DNA of 58,163 nt, taken from contig CADCVY010000060.1 of NCBI GenBank assembly GCA_902806275.1, forward strand, positions 1 to 58,163. The letters run 5' to 3'. How positions within the stretch are numbered: the first letter of the stretch is position 1; each line of letters starts with the position of its first letter. The DNA is from an uncultured Sphingomonas sp. (lineage in GTDB: Bacteria; Pseudomonadota; Alphaproteobacteria; Sphingomonadales; Sphingomonadaceae). This document shows positions 22,123-33,090 of this stretch, in pieces. Below the pieces are notes generated by a model, which did not search any database, was not told where the DNA came from, and was given only the letters and a program-made list of their open reading frames with translations. The position numbers and the translations under genes were made by a program.

Positions 22123-22138
22123 CTGTCCGGCGATCAGC

Positions 22139-24208
22139 CTACCAGATACGCACGCGCTGCGCAGGGTCCAAATAGAGTTTCTGAGCCGGCTGCACCCCGA
22201 ACGCCGAGTACCACGGGTCGAGGTTGCGGACGATGTTCCCGCGCTGCTCCGAGGGGGCGTGTGGGTCGGTCAGCAGCCGCTGGCGCAGGTTCGCCTCGCG
22301 GTAGTTGCGCCGCCACACCTGCGCCCAGCCGAGGTAGAAGCGCTGGTCGCCGGTGGTGCCGTCGATCGTCGGTGCTTCCTGGCCGCCAAGCGCATGCTTG
22401 TACGCGTCATAAGCGACCGTCAGGCCGGCGAGGTCGCCGATGTTCTCACCCAAAGTGAAGGGCCCCTGGATCTTCGCTCCGGGGAAGATTTCGTAGGCAT
22501 CATACTGGGCGACGAGCTGCTTGGTGGCGGCCTCGAAAGCCTTCACGTCGGCGTCCGTCCACCAATCGCGGAGTTGCCCGGTCTCGTCGTACTTGGACCC
22601 CTGGTCGTCAAAGTGGTGGCTGATCTCGTGGCCGATCACCGCTCCGATACCGCCATAGTTGATGGCCGGATCGGCATTCGGGTCGAAGAACGGCGGCTGC
22701 AGGATCGCTGCAGGAAAGACGATCTCGCTCATCCCGAAATTCGCGTAAGCGTTCACCGTCATCGGGGTCATGCCCCATTCCCATTTGCGCACCGGTCCGC
22801 CGAGCTTGCCGACATTGTACGCCGTCTCGAACTCGGCCGAACGCAAAGCATTGCCGAGCAGGTCGTCGCGGCGGATCTCCAACTTGGAATAGTCGCGCCA
22901 CTGGTCGGGGTAGCCGATCTTGGTGGTGAAATTGGCCAGCTTGGCGCGGGCGCGGCGCTTGGTCTCCGGCGCCATCCACTGCAGGTTGTCGATGCGCCGG
23001 CCCATCGCCTCGACAACGTTGCGGACCAGCTGGTCAGCAGCCGCCTTGGTTTCGGGCGGGAAGTAGCGCTGGACGTAGATTTGGCTGATCTCGTCCGACA
23101 AGGCGCCGGTCGCGAAGCTGGTCGCCCGCTTCCAGCGCGCTTCCTGCTCCGGCGTGCCGGACAGCGCGGTCCCGTAGAAAGAGAAATTCTCCTGATCGAA
23201 GGCCTTGGGGAGGTAATCCGAATAAGTGTCCAGCGCCTGGACCAGAAGCTGATCCTTCAGCACCCCGATCGGCGCCCGCGATATCGCCCGGGCGATGCCA
23301 GTAATGGCCGACGGCTGCGCCACGATCACGTCTTTGACGTCAAGCCCGGCGGTACGGAACAACGACGCGAAATCGAGACCGGGCGCACGGCGCTGCAGCT
23401 GCGCGACGGTCATCTTGTTGTAGGTCTTGGTCGCGTCGCGGCTTTCGACCTGCGTCCAGTGCGCGCGGGCGATCTGCGTTTCGAACGCGAGCAGCGCCTT
23501 GGCGCGCGCAGCCGCGTTCGGCTCTCCTGCAAGCGTCAGGACATTCGTCAGGTGCTGGAGATATTTCGCCCGCGTTTCGGCCAGCTTTGCGTCGTTCTTC
23601 AGGTAGTAATCGCGGTCGGGCATGCCGAGACCGCCCTGATATAGCGAAAACGCATATTGGGTGTTCTGCTTGTCATCGACGCCGACAAAGCCAATCACCG
23701 GACCGTACACGCCGACCCGGCTGGTGCGGGCAAGCAGTTCAGGATAGCTGGCCTTGCTGTTCAGGCCCTTGATCTCGTTCAGGAACGGCTGAAACGGAGC
23801 CAAGCCTTTGGCCGCGACAGCCGCTTCATCGAGAAAGCTCGCATAAGCGTTGCCGATCCTGCTGTCAGCGTCGTTGGCCGCCTCCTTGAGGATCGTCTGC
23901 GTCCGCTCCCGGGAAAGGTCGTCCAGCAGAGTGAACATGCCATAATTGGACTTGTCGGCGGGAATGGCCGTGTTGCGGGCCCAGGTGCCGTTAGCGAATT
24001 GATAGAAATTGTCACCCGGCTGGACGCTCCGGTCCATGCCGGCGAGGTCGAAGCCGAACGTGCCGATCTGCGGCTTCGGCGCGGCCAAAGCCGCGGCAAC
24101 AGGCTCCACCGCCGCGACTGGGGTGACGGGAGCAGCCGGACCCGCGGTCTGGGCAGCGCAGCCCGCAAGCGCGGTGCTTGCCGCAAGAACGCTAAGAAGA
24201 CGAAACAT
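22139..24208 (-). CDS. M13 family metallopeptidase lipoprotein
   Basis: LAGC lipobox, VNAY, HEISH, ENIGD; RBS GGAGGAG before ATG 24208. Confidence 0.92.
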   Translation of the reverse strand: MFRLLSVLAASTALAGCAAQTAGPAAPVTPVAAVEPVAAALAAPKPQIGTFGFDLAGMDRSVQPGDNFYQFANGTWARNTAIPADKSNYGMFTLLDDLSRERTQTILKEAANDADSRIGNAYASFLDEAAVAAKGLAPFQPFLNEIKGLNSKASYPELLARTSRVGVYGPVIGFVGVDDKQNTQYAFSLYQGGLGMPDRDYYLKNDAKLAETRAKYLQHLTNVLTLAGEPNAAARAKALLAFETQIARAHWTQVESRDATKTYNKMTVAQLQRRAPGLDFASLFRTAGLDVKDVIVAQPSAITGIARAISRAPIGVLKDQLLVQALDTYSDYLPKAFDQENFSFYGTALSGTPEQEARWKRATSFATGALSDEISQIYVQRYFPPETKAAADQLVRNVVEAMGRRIDNLQWMAPETKRRARAKLANFTTKIGYPDQWRDYSKLEIRRDDLLGNALRSAEFETAYNVGKLGGPVRKWEWGMTPMTVNAYANFGMSEIVFPAAILQPPFFDPNADPAINYGGIGAVIGHEISHHFDDQGSKYDETGQLRDWWTDADVKAFEAATKQLVAQYDAYEIFPGAKIQGPFTLGENIGDLAGLTVAYDAYKHALGGQEAPTIDGTTGDQRFYLGWAQVWRRNYREANLRQRLLTDPHAPSEQRGNIVRNLDPWYSAFGVQPAQKLYLDPAQRVRIW

Positions 24209-24368
24209 CCAAACTCCTCCCACGAAAATTTGAAAGCGGCGGATCTTCTCCGCTCGTTGAGCCCCCGTCCACTCGCATCAGAGCGAACAAGGCCGGCAGC
24301 ATCTTGCGACAATCGGTAGCGCGGTGCCGACCAACGTACAAATCCCTAGCGTGATCAGGGCTTTGCGC

Positions 24369-24851
24369 TCAAGAGTTTTGGCGGAGAAGCCGCTGCTGAT
24401 CGCGCTTCCAGTCGCGCTCCTTGATGGTGTCCCGCTTGTCGTGGACCTTTTTGCCCCGCGCCAACGCGATCTCGACCTTGGCCCGGCCGCTGCCGTTGAA
24501 GTAGATCGACAGCGGCACCAGCGTCAGCCCTTGCCGTGCGACCGCCCCCTGCAGCTTGGCGATCTCGCGTGCCTTGAGCAGCAGCTTGCGCGGCCGGCGC
24601 GGCTCATGATTCAGCCGGTTGCCATGGCTGTATTCGGGAAAATGGCTGTTGATCAGCCACACTTCGTCGCCGTCCACCGTCGCATAGCTTTCGGCAATCG
24701 AACCCTCGCCCTGGCGCAGCGCCTTCACTTCGGTGCCGGCAAGCTGGATGCCCGCTTCGAACCGGTCCTCGACGAAATAGTCGTATCGCGCGCGCCGGTT
24801 CTCGGCGACGATCTTCTGCTTGTCGAAGGGTGCGGGAGGCGGCTTGGCCAT
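24369..24851 (-). CDS. smpB: SsrA-binding protein
   Basis: [26 protein letters not shown]. Confidence 0.96.
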   Translation of the reverse strand: MAKPPPAPFDKQKIVAENRRARYDYFVEDRFEAGIQLAGTEVKALRQGEGSIAESYATVDGDEVWLINSHFPEYSHGNRLNHEPRRPRKLLLKAREIAKLQGAVARQGLTLVPLSIYFNGSGRAKVEIALARGKKVHDKRDTIKERDWKRDQQRLLRQNS

Positions 24852-24858
24852 GGCCTGG

Positions 24859-25734
24859 TCAGATCAGCCCGGCGTGGTCAAGCGCGGCGTCAACCGCGCG
24901 CCGCGAAGCATCCGATGCTTGGGTCAGCGGCAGGCGCAGATCGGTCGGGAAGTCCGGACGGACCCGGGACAGCGCGTATTTGACCGGCCCCGGCGAAGCG
25001 TCAGTGAACATCGCCATGTGCAGCGGGTAGAGCCTGTCCTGGAGCTTCAGCGCATCGTCCCAGCGCGCTTCGCGCGTGGCCGCCTGGAACTCGGCACACA
25101 GGCGCGGCGCGACATTGGCGGTCACCGAGATGCAGCCGACGCCGCCCATGGCGTTGAAGCCCAATGCGGTCTCGTCATTGCCGCTCAGCTGTACAAAGCC
25201 GTCGCCGCAGGCGAGCCGCTGGGCGCTGACGCGGCCAAGCTTTCCGGTCGCGTCCTTGACGGCGACCACGTTAGGCAAATTACTGATCTCGGCCAGCGTC
25301 TCGACGGAGATCTCCACCACCGTCCGGGCAGGGATATTGTAGACGACGATCGGCAGCGCGGACGCTTCCGACAATGCAGTGAACGTGGCGAGCAGTCCTG
25401 CCTGGCTTGGCCTGTTGTAATAGCCGGTGACGACCAGCGCCGCATCGGCGCCCCCGTCCTTGGCAGCCTTCAGATACTCCATGGCGTGGACAAGGTTGTT
25501 GCTGCCGCAACCGGCGATGACTGGCACCCGGCCATTGGCGGCCTCGACCGTGAGTTCGATCACGCGCCGGTGCTCGCCGGCGGTGAGGGTCGCGCTCTCG
25601 CCGGTGGTCCCGCAGGGGACCAGCGCATTACTGCCCTCGGCGATCTGCCATTCGACAAATTCCCGGAATGTGTCCTCCGCGACACGGCCTTCCGAAAAGG
25701 GCGTCACCAGTGCCGGAATTGAGCCGAAAAACAT
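24859..25734 (-). CDS. dapA: 4-hydroxy-tetrahydrodipicolinate synthase
   Basis: ALVTPF, GTTGES, YNIPART, KDATG; ATG at 25734. Confidence 0.95.
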   Translation of the reverse strand: MFFGSIPALVTPFSEGRVAEDTFREFVEWQIAEGSNALVPCGTTGESATLTAGEHRRVIELTVEAANGRVPVIAGCGSNNLVHAMEYLKAAKDGGADAALVVTGYYNRPSQAGLLATFTALSEASALPIVVYNIPARTVVEISVETLAEISNLPNVVAVKDATGKLGRVSAQRLACGDGFVQLSGNDETALGFNAMGGVGCISVTANVAPRLCAEFQAATREARWDDALKLQDRLYPLHMAMFTDASPGPVKYALSRVRPDFPTDLRLPLTQASDASRRAVDAALDHAGLI

Positions 25735-25829
25735 GAACTTCGTTCCTTGCCGCGGAGTTGGATGGCGGAGACTATATGAACGTCTGGGCCGCGCTGCGTT
25801 CAGGGGCTGATAAGGAGCGGAAAGCCAAG

Positions 25830-27785
25830 ATGTCCAGCATGTGGCGATCGGTAGTCTTGCTTCCCCTCCTCGCGATGGCCTCCTCGGCAACCGCGCAATA
25901 TGCACCCGCTTATGCGCCAGCGCCGGTCTACGCACCGGTGAATGTCGGTGCGGCCCTGAACGACTGGCGCCGGCTGAAGCAGAGCAGAGGCTACACCTTC
26001 GCGGATTACGCCCGCTTCCTGATCGCCAATCCCGACTGGCCGAACGAGTCGGCCATGCGGCGCTCGGCCGAGCGGGCAATGCGGCCTGGCGAGGCTCCGG
26101 CGATGGTGATCGCCTTTTTCGCCGTCGATAAGCCGACGACCGGCACCGGCTATGCCCGCTTGGCGGACTCCTTCGCCGCCACCGGGCGCATGCCCGAGGC
26201 GCTGATGGCTGCACGCAGCGCGTGGATCTCCCCGGACCTCAGCGCCAGCGATGAACAGGCGATCTGGTCGCGATACGGCGCCAGCTTCACCTTCTTAGAC
26301 CACGACGCCCGCGTCGACGCCTTGCTGTTTGCCAAGCGGCAAGACGACGCCGCCCGCTTTTTGGCGATGACCAGCGCCCACCGCCGTGCGGCATTCGCCG
26401 CCAGGGTGGCGATGCAGAGCAAGGCGCCTCACGCCGACGCACTTTATGGCGCGGTGATTGGGACGGTGACCAGCGACGCCGGGCTGATGATGGATCGCGC
26501 CCGCTACCTGCGCGACACTGGCCAGGAGCAGCTGGCGCGGACACTGATGGGGCGCAGCCATAGTTTCACTTATCGTCCGGCGGACCCGGATCGCTTCTAC
26601 GAAATGCAGCTGCTGCTCGCGCAGGGTGCGCAGCAGGACCGGCAGTGGCAGAGCGCGTACAATATCGCACGGCAGCTGGACGATGTTATCCCCGCCGGCA
26701 TTGCGGTCAGCGCGCAGTCCGTGGACATTCGCGACAAATACACCAGTCTGGCATGGCTTGGCGGGACGGTCGCACTCGACCGCCTCAACAATCCGAAGGA
26801 CGCGCTCGCCATGTTCAGCCGCTACGCGCGCGCCGGCAAGTCGCTGCAGGTCCAGACCAAAGGCGACTATTGGGCGGGCCGCGCCGCACTTGCTGCCGGC
26901 CAGGCTGTCCCAGCGAACACCTATTTCCAGAGCGCCGGCAACTATCCCGAGCTGTTTTATGGCCAGCTCGCGCTTGAGCGGCTCGGCCGCTCGGTCAATC
27001 CGCCGACCCAGGCAACCGCTTATGCGCCGACGCCGGCCCAACGCGGCGCGTTCAACGCCCGCAGCCTGGTGCAGGCGGTGCGGATCACCGGCCAGCAAGG
27101 CCGCGCCGACGAGCAGGCCCTGTTCGTGCGCGCGCTGGCCGAAAGCCTGGACAATGATGCCGATCGCGCGCTGGCTGTAGAGCTTGCGCAGCAGGTCCGC
27201 CGCCCGGACTTGCCAGTGTGGATAGCGCGCGTGGCGCGGACCAAAGGCTCGATGTTCTACGTCCGCCCGGGCTATCCCACCCTGCCCGGCACCGTTCCCG
27301 CCAACATCTGGTCGCTCGCCCACGGCATCGCGCGGCAGGAAAGCTCGTTCGACCCCTATGCGCGCAGCCACGTCGGCGCCCGCGGCATGATGCAGCTGAT
27401 GCCCGGCACCGCCCGCGAGCAGGCTGGCAAGATGGGCGTCGGATACGACCCCACCCGCCTGTACACGGACCCCAGCTACAACGTGATGCTCGGCTCGGCC
27501 TACTTCCAGCGCATGCTGAACATGTGGGACGGCAATGTTCCGCTGGCAGTCGCCAGTTACAACGCCGGGGCTGGCAACGTCCGCAAGTGGGTCAATGCCT
27601 ATGGCGACCCGCGCGGCAACGTCGACGTCCTCAAGTGGATCGAGGCGATCCCGTTCAGCGAGACCAAGGCCTACGTGCAACGCGTGGTCGAAAACAGCGT
27701 CGTCTACGATTCGGTGCGCCCCGCCACTACGCAGCAGACGGCATTCCACGTCTCCCGCTATCTAGGGAAGAGCCGCCCGGGCTGA
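25830..27785 (+). CDS. Soluble lytic transglycosylase (Slt70-like)
   Basis: Signal peptide, RQESSF, GMMQLMP, ASYNAG, IPFSETKAYV. Confidence 0.9.
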   Translation: MSSMWRSVVLLPLLAMASSATAQYAPAYAPAPVYAPVNVGAALNDWRRLKQSRGYTFADYARFLIANPDWPNESAMRRSAERAMRPGEAPAMVIAFFAVDKPTTGTGYARLADSFAATGRMPEALMAARSAWISPDLSASDEQAIWSRYGASFTFLDHDARVDALLFAKRQDDAARFLAMTSAHRRAAFAARVAMQSKAPHADALYGAVIGTVTSDAGLMMDRARYLRDTGQEQLARTLMGRSHSFTYRPADPDRFYEMQLLLAQGAQQDRQWQSAYNIARQLDDVIPAGIAVSAQSVDIRDKYTSLAWLGGTVALDRLNNPKDALAMFSRYARAGKSLQVQTKGDYWAGRAALAAGQAVPANTYFQSAGNYPELFYGQLALERLGRSVNPPTQATAYAPTPAQRGAFNARSLVQAVRITGQQGRADEQALFVRALAESLDNDADRALAVELAQQVRRPDLPVWIARVARTKGSMFYVRPGYPTLPGTVPANIWSLAHGIARQESSFDPYARSHVGARGMMQLMPGTAREQAGKMGVGYDPTRLYTDPSYNVMLGSAYFQRMLNMWDGNVPLAVASYNAGAGNVRKWVNAYGDPRGNVDVLKWIEAIPFSETKAYVQRVVENSVVYDSVRPATTQQTAFHVSRYLGKSRPG

Positions 27786-27797
27786 TAGGTTAGTCCG

Positions 27798-28283
27798 ATT
27801 GCCAACCAGCCGCCGCGCTTCATCACGCCCGAGGGGTTCGCCCGGGTTCGCGCCGAGTATGAGGCCTTGTTCGGGGTCGAGCGCCCGAAGCTCGTCGAGA
27901 CGATCTCCTGGGCCGCGGCCAACGGCGACCGGTCGGAGAACGGCGACTACATCTACGGCCGCAAGCGCCTGCGCGAAGTCGACCGCCGCTTGTCGCATCT
28001 GTCCCGCATCATGAAGGCCGCCAAGGTGGTCGACCCGGCTGCGCAAGCGACCGATCAGGTGCGCTTTGGCGCGATCGTCGAGTTGGTGGATGAGGACGAC
28101 CGGCAGCGCACGGTGACGATCGTCGGCGATGATGAGGCGGACGCCGGCGCCGGGAAGATCGGCTGGAGTGCTCCCCTCATCCGGGCGCTGGTGGGTGCCC
28201 GCGAAGGCGACGAACGCTTGGTCCGGCTGCCGTCGGGTGAGAAAAGCTACGAAGTGCTCTCCATCCGCTACCCGAACGGCTAG
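27798..28283 (+). CDS. greB: Transcription elongation factor GreB (probable ATT start)
   Basis: FITPEGF...WAAANGDRSENGDYIYGRKRLREVDRR; only ATT (27798) precedes the conserved N-terminus. Confidence 0.88.
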   Translation: MANQPPRFITPEGFARVRAEYEALFGVERPKLVETISWAAANGDRSENGDYIYGRKRLREVDRRLSHLSRIMKAAKVVDPAAQATDQVRFGAIVELVDEDDRQRTVTIVGDDEADAGAGKIGWSAPLIRALVGAREGDERLVRLPSGEKSYEVLSIRYPNG

Positions 28284-29023
28284 GCGGCTTGCGGCGGTAC
28301 CCCGACCAGGTGCGGGGGTTCGGCAGGCATGGCATCCGCCCAGGCGTCGGCGATTGCGCTCAGGGCCGACAAGGTCGCGGCCGCCTCGTCGTTGCCGTCG
28401 ATTATGCGCCACGGCGACCAGCGCGTGTCGGAATAGGTGCGCAAGTCCGCGACGGCTTCCCCATAGCCGGGGGAGTCCACTGGGACCGGCGGGTCCCCGC
28501 GCAACATGCCGCGCCATGGGTCCGCGGCGCGCGCCCGCAGCCGCGCCTCCTGCACGTCGGCGCTGACGTCGAAGTAGAGCTTGACGATCAATGTCCCGTA
28601 ATCGCGTTGCTGCGCCTCGAACTCGTTGATCTCGTCAAATGTGCGCGCCAGCGTGCCGGCGTCGAGGTTCCCGTTGATGCGGTCATCGAGGACCCGACGG
28701 TACCAGCTACGGAAGAAGATCCCGGTGTCTCCCGCACCCGGCAACTGCCGCCAGAATCGGGCCAGCCAGTGCCCCTCGGCGGCCTCGCGGCGATCTCGGC
28801 GGGTCGCATGAACGACGAAGTGGCACGGATCGAGCGCAGCCGCGAACTGCTTGAGGGCCGCCTTTTTCCCCGAGCCCTCGGGACCCTCGAACAGGACGAT
28901 GGCTCGTCGCCGGTGGGCAATCTGCGGCAGCTGCAGCTCGGCTACCTGCTCGCGCAAGGCAGCAAGCGCTGAATCACCATCGACTGTTGTTGCGCGAGCC
29001 CCCACGGCCAAGAGGATAGGCAT
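28280..29023 (-). CDS. Polyphosphate kinase 2 family protein, degenerate motifs (start uncertain)
   Basis: FEGPEGSGK, HWLARFWRQLP, FFRSWY, DEINEFE, SPWRII. Confidence 0.8.
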   Translation of the reverse strand: MPILLAVGARATTVDGDSALAALREQVAELQLPQIAHRRRAIVLFEGPEGSGKKAALKQFAAALDPCHFVVHATRRDRREAAEGHWLARFWRQLPGAGDTGIFFRSWYRRVLDDRINGNLDAGTLARTFDEINEFEAQQRDYGTLIVKLYFDVSADVQEARLRARAADPWRGMLRGDPPVPVDSPGYGEAVADLRTYSDTRWSPWRIIDGNDEAAATLSALSAIADAWADAMPAEPPHLVGVPPQAA

Positions 29024-29100
29024 AGGCGACGCCTGACCGCAATCCACTCCGCTGAGTTCCTCGCGAAACGGCGCGGGCGTGGCCCGGCGGCCACGCAGGC

Positions 29101-30873
29101 TCAACTGCCGCCGACGATCCTGATGCCGAGCTCCTTGAGCTGCTCGGGCAGCACCGGCGCCGGCGCGTTCATCATCAGGTCCTCGGCCTTCTGGTTCATC
29201 GGGAAGAGGATCACTTCGCGGATGTTCGGCTCGTCGGCGAGCAGCATGACGATGCGGTCGATGCCCGGCGCCGAACCGCCGTGCGGCGGCGCCCCGAACT
29301 TGAACGCGTTGATCATGCCGGAAAAGTTCTCGTCGACTTCCGCCTGGCTGTAGCCGGCGATCTCGAACGCCTTGTACATGATGTCGGGGCGGTGGTTGCG
29401 GATGGCGCCGGAGCTCAATTCGACGCCGTTGCAGACGATGTCGTACTGCCAGGCGAGGATATCGAGCGGGTCCTTGGTCTCGAGCGCTTCCAGCTCGCCC
29501 TGCGGCATCGAGAACGGGTTGTGGCTGAAGTCGACCTTCTTCTGGTCGTCATTGTACTCGAACATCGGGAAATCGACGATCCAGCAAAAGCGGAACGCGC
29601 CCTTCTCGAGCAGGTCGAGCTGCTCGCCAACGCGGGTCCGGGCGAGACCAGCAAGCCTGGCGGCTTCCGCTTCCTTGCCGGCGGCGAAGAAGATGCCGTC
29701 GTCTGGACGAAGGCCCATCGCTTCGGCAAGCGCATTCATGCCCTCCTCGCCGTGGTTCTTGGCAATCGGGCCGCCCCACTCGCCGCCCTTGCGGGTGGCA
29801 TAGCCGAGGCCGGCGAAGCCCTCGCCGCGTGCCCAGTCGTTCATGTCGTCGAAGAACTTGCGGCTCTTGTCGGCAGTGTTCGGCGCCGGCACCGCGCGGA
29901 CGACGCCGCCGCCATCGACGATCTTGGCGAACAGCCCGAAGCCGGAACCGCGGAAGCGCTCGCCGACGTCGGAGATCAGCAGCGGGTTGCGGAGGTCCGG
30001 CTTGTCGCTGCCATACTTCAGCATCGCCTCGCGGTAGGGGATGCGCGGGTAAGCGCCTTCCGTGACGCTGCGGCCGTTGGCGAACTCCTGAAACACACCC
30101 GACAGCACCGGCTCGACCGCCGCGAAAACATCGTCCTGCGTGACAAAGCTCATTTCGAAGTCGAGCTGGTAGAACTCGCCTGGCGACCGGTCGGCGCGCG
30201 CGTCCTCGTCGCGGAAGCAGGGCGCGATCTGGAAGTAACGGTCGAACCCGGCGACCATGATCAGCTGCTTGAACATCTGCGGCGCTTGCGGGAGCGCGTA
30301 AAACTTGCCTGGGTGCACGCGGCTCGGCACCAGGTAATCGCGCGCGCCCTCCGGGCTGCTCGCCGTCAGGATCGGCGTCTGGAACTCGGTAAAGCCCCCT
30401 TCGATCATCCGCCGGCGGATCGACGCAATCACCACGGAGCGCAGTATGATGTTAGCGTGGACCTTCTCACGGCGGAGGTCGAGGTAGCGGTACTTGAGCC
30501 GGATTTCCTCGGGGTATTCCGCGTCGCCCGCCACAGGCATCGGCAGTTCGGCCGCCTGAGACTGCACCGTCACCTCACGGGCAAACACCTCGATCTCGCC
30601 GGTCGCCAGATTGGCATTGGACGTGCCTTGCGCCCGCTCCTTCACCGTGCCTTCGATCGTGACCACAGACTCTACCCGCAGCCGGTCGAGCACCGGCAGA
30701 GCCGGACTATCCGTGTCCGCCACAACTTGCGTGAGGCCATAGTGATCGCGCAGGTCGATAAAGAGCACACCGCCGTGATCGCGCTTGCGGTGGACCCAGC
30801 CCGACAGGCGCACGGTCTCGCCGACGTTGCTGGAGCGCAGCTGCGCGCAGGTATGAGTGCGATAGGCGTGCAT
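29101..30873 (-). CDS. aspS: Aspartate-tRNA ligase (likely non-discriminating)
   Basis: [30 protein letters not shown]. Confidence 0.97.
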   Translation of the reverse strand: MHAYRTHTCAQLRSSNVGETVRLSGWVHRKRDHGGVLFIDLRDHYGLTQVVADTDSPALPVLDRLRVESVVTIEGTVKERAQGTSNANLATGEIEVFAREVTVQSQAAELPMPVAGDAEYPEEIRLKYRYLDLRREKVHANIILRSVVIASIRRRMIEGGFTEFQTPILTASSPEGARDYLVPSRVHPGKFYALPQAPQMFKQLIMVAGFDRYFQIAPCFRDEDARADRSPGEFYQLDFEMSFVTQDDVFAAVEPVLSGVFQEFANGRSVTEGAYPRIPYREAMLKYGSDKPDLRNPLLISDVGERFRGSGFGLFAKIVDGGGVVRAVPAPNTADKSRKFFDDMNDWARGEGFAGLGYATRKGGEWGGPIAKNHGEEGMNALAEAMGLRPDDGIFFAAGKEAEAARLAGLARTRVGEQLDLLEKGAFRFCWIVDFPMFEYNDDQKKVDFSHNPFSMPQGELEALETKDPLDILAWQYDIVCNGVELSSGAIRNHRPDIMYKAFEIAGYSQAEVDENFSGMINAFKFGAPPHGGSAPGIDRIVMLLADEPNIREVILFPMNQKAEDLMMNAPAPVLPEQLKELGIRIVGGS

Positions 30874-30984
30874 GAGGGCGTGGTGCTCGCTGGCCAGTGA
30901 TGAGGTAAAAAAGAGGCGCCGCGCTTCCTTCCCAACTCAGCTTTTGTCAACCCGCGGGCACCGGTCTATGGCTGCCGGCGACTT

Positions 30985-32178
30985 ATGCGTATCCATCCGT
31001 TGATTACGACAACCGACGACCTCCAAGCGCTCGTCGACCGCCTTTCGCAGCATCCGTTTGTCGCCGTGGACACCGAGTTCATGCGCGAGAACACCTATTG
31101 GCCGGACCTCTGCCTGATCCAGGTCGCAAGCCCCGACGAGGCGGCGGCCATCGATCCCAAGGCCGACATCGACCTTCAGCCCCTGCTCGACGTGCTGGTC
31201 GAGAACGAGGAGGTGCTCAAGGTCTTCCATGCCGGCGGGCAGGACCTGGAGATCGTCTACAACCTGACCGGCAAGACTCCCTACCCCCTGTTCGACACCC
31301 AAATCGCCGCGATGGCACTCGGCCACGGTGAGCAGATCGGCTACTCGAACCTGATCGAAAGCCTGCTCGGGCACAGCCTCGACAAGGGCGCGCGTTTCAC
31401 CGACTGGGGCCGCCGGCCGCTCGACAAGCGCCAGATCGATTATGCGATTGCCGACGTCACCCACCTGGCCGCCGTGTTTCCGCGAATGGTCGAAAAGCTG
31501 CGCAAGACCGGGCGCGGCGCCTGGCTGGACGAGGAAATGGAGCGGCTGGCCGACCCGTCCAGCTTCGCCTTTGCGCCGGAGGACGCCTGGAAGCGGCTCA
31601 AGCTGCCGAGCCGCAACCCCGCAGTGCTGGGGCGCCTGAAGGCGCTTGCCGCGTGGCGCGAAACGGAAGCGCGCTCGAAGAACCTGCCTCGCGGCCGGAT
31701 CGTCAAGGACGACACCCTGGCCGAGATCGTACTTCATCCGCCCAAGTCGCAGGACGACCTCGGCCGGATTCGTGGCCTCTCCGCCGGGTGGAAGAACAAC
31801 GACATCGGCGCGCGCCTGCTGGCGGCGATCGACAGGGCCAAGCCGCTCGATCCCGACGAGGTGCCGGACCGGCAGCCCAAGCGGCCCGGCTTGACCAAGG
31901 ATGGCGCGCTGGTCAGCGACCTGCTCAAGCTGCTGCTCAAGATCCGCGCCAAGGAGACCGGCGTCGCCGCGCGCCTGATCGCGCGATCCGACGATCTCGA
32001 AGCCCTTGCCGCAGGCGTCCGCAAGGATCTCAGCATCCTGCGTGGCTGGCGGTTCGAACAGTTCGGCCAGGATGCGCTGGACCTTGTGGAAGGCCGGCTC
32101 GGGTTCGCAATCGAACGCGGCAAGCTGAAGATGAGCCGGCTGGCCTCGCAATCGGAGGAGGAGACGGTCAATGCGTGA
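30985..32178 (+). CDS. rnd: Ribonuclease D
   Basis: DTEFMRE exonuclease motif, FDTQIAA, YAIADV, HRDC region. Confidence 0.93.
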   Translation: MRIHPLITTTDDLQALVDRLSQHPFVAVDTEFMRENTYWPDLCLIQVASPDEAAAIDPKADIDLQPLLDVLVENEEVLKVFHAGGQDLEIVYNLTGKTPYPLFDTQIAAMALGHGEQIGYSNLIESLLGHSLDKGARFTDWGRRPLDKRQIDYAIADVTHLAAVFPRMVEKLRKTGRGAWLDEEMERLADPSSFAFAPEDAWKRLKLPSRNPAVLGRLKALAAWRETEARSKNLPRGRIVKDDTLAEIVLHPPKSQDDLGRIRGLSAGWKNNDIGARLLAAIDRAKPLDPDEVPDRQPKRPGLTKDGALVSDLLKLLLKIRAKETGVAARLIARSDDLEALAAGVRKDLSILRGWRFEQFGQDALDLVEGRLGFAIERGKLKMSRLASQSEEETVNA

Positions 32179-32470
32179 GGTTTTGTTTGCAGCCCTGCTA
32201 GTGCCGGCCGCCTGTTCTGCGGTACCGACGCCGCCTGCGGCTCCGGCGGCGACGGCCGCGGCACCCGGTACTTGCCGCACCGAGGGCCTGGACCGGTTCG
32301 TGGGTCAGCGGAGAAGCCCGGAGGCGCAAAGTCAGTTGCTGGCTGCTTCAGGTGCCCGGATCATCCGCTGGGTGGAGCACGGAATGATGGTAACGATGGA
32401 CTTCCTCGAAGACCGCTTGACCGTGCGGCTCGGCCCGGATCACCGCATCGTGTCGCTTGGCTGCGGCTAG
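32171..32470 (+). CDS. I78 family peptidase inhibitor lipoprotein
   Basis: Lipobox-like PAAC; MVTMDF..DRLTV...LGCG C-terminus. Confidence 0.8.
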   Translation: MREVLFAALLVPAACSAVPTPPAAPAATAAAPGTCRTEGLDRFVGQRRSPEAQSQLLAASGARIIRWVEHGMMVTMDFLEDRLTVRLGPDHRIVSLGCG

Positions 32471-33090
32471 GCCGCCTCGCCGATCAGCTTCGCTTCGATG
32501 AGGGCCCGCCGGATCGTCGGCAGGCTCAGCCTGGCGCGCTCGGCGATGGCGTAGCGGTCGATCGCCTCGACTGCCCGCTCAGCCGTCCAATAATCGCGGT
32601 GCAGGCGCTCGGCCATGAACCGCAAGGCGTCGCCGGCAACGTGCAGGCCGCGGTCGGCGAAGAACAGCTGAATGAGGCTGGTGAACAAGGCATCGTCCGG
32701 CAGTTCCATGCGGATCACCGGGGTCACGGCCAAGCGAGTCTTGAGGTCGGGCAGCCGCGGGCTCCATTGCGGCGGCACCGTGTCGGCGATCATCACCAGC
32801 GGACTGCCCGAATCCTGCGCCTGGTTCCAGGCATGGAACAGCTCTTCTTCATCGCGCCCTTCCGCGTCGTCGAGTAGCCGGCCGCCGACCCGTTCGACGA
32901 AGCTGCGCGCGAGCAAGGTGCGGCCGGACCGCCGCGGGCCGGTCAGGATCGTCGACTTGACCGGCCACAAGCTCCACTTGCGGAAATGCTCGAATGCCGT
33001 CCGGTTCGCTTCGGAGACGATGAAGCGCGCGTCCCCTTCGCTTTGCGGCCAGTCGAGCGGAAGCGCGATCTGGTCGGGACCGTGCTTCAT
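32467..33090 (-). CDS. hdaA: DnaA regulatory inactivator HdaA
   Basis: N-terminal QIALPL clamp-binding-like motif, SEANRTA, LFHAWN, LPDLKTRL; next to purM. Confidence 0.8.
   Translation of the reverse strand: MKHGPDQIALPLDWPQSEGDARFIVSEANRTAFEHFRKWSLWPVKSTILTGPRRSGRTLLARSFVERVGGRLLDDAEGRDEEELFHAWNQAQDSGSPLVMIADTVPPQWSPRLPDLKTRLAVTPVIRMELPDDALFTSLIQLFFADRGLHVAGDALRFMAERLHRDYWTAERAVEAIDRYAIAERARLSLPTIRRALIEAKLIGEAA

Noticed and set aside
21962-23644. 560-aa plus-strand ORF (likewise 29281-30900, 39534-41162, 41206-42738)
   Set aside because: Shadows of the M13 peptidase, aspS, lptD and surA
32467-33090. Degenerate Walker A (GRT) in HdaA
   Set aside because: Hda-family AAA+ motifs are often non-canonical; not evidence of novelty by itself
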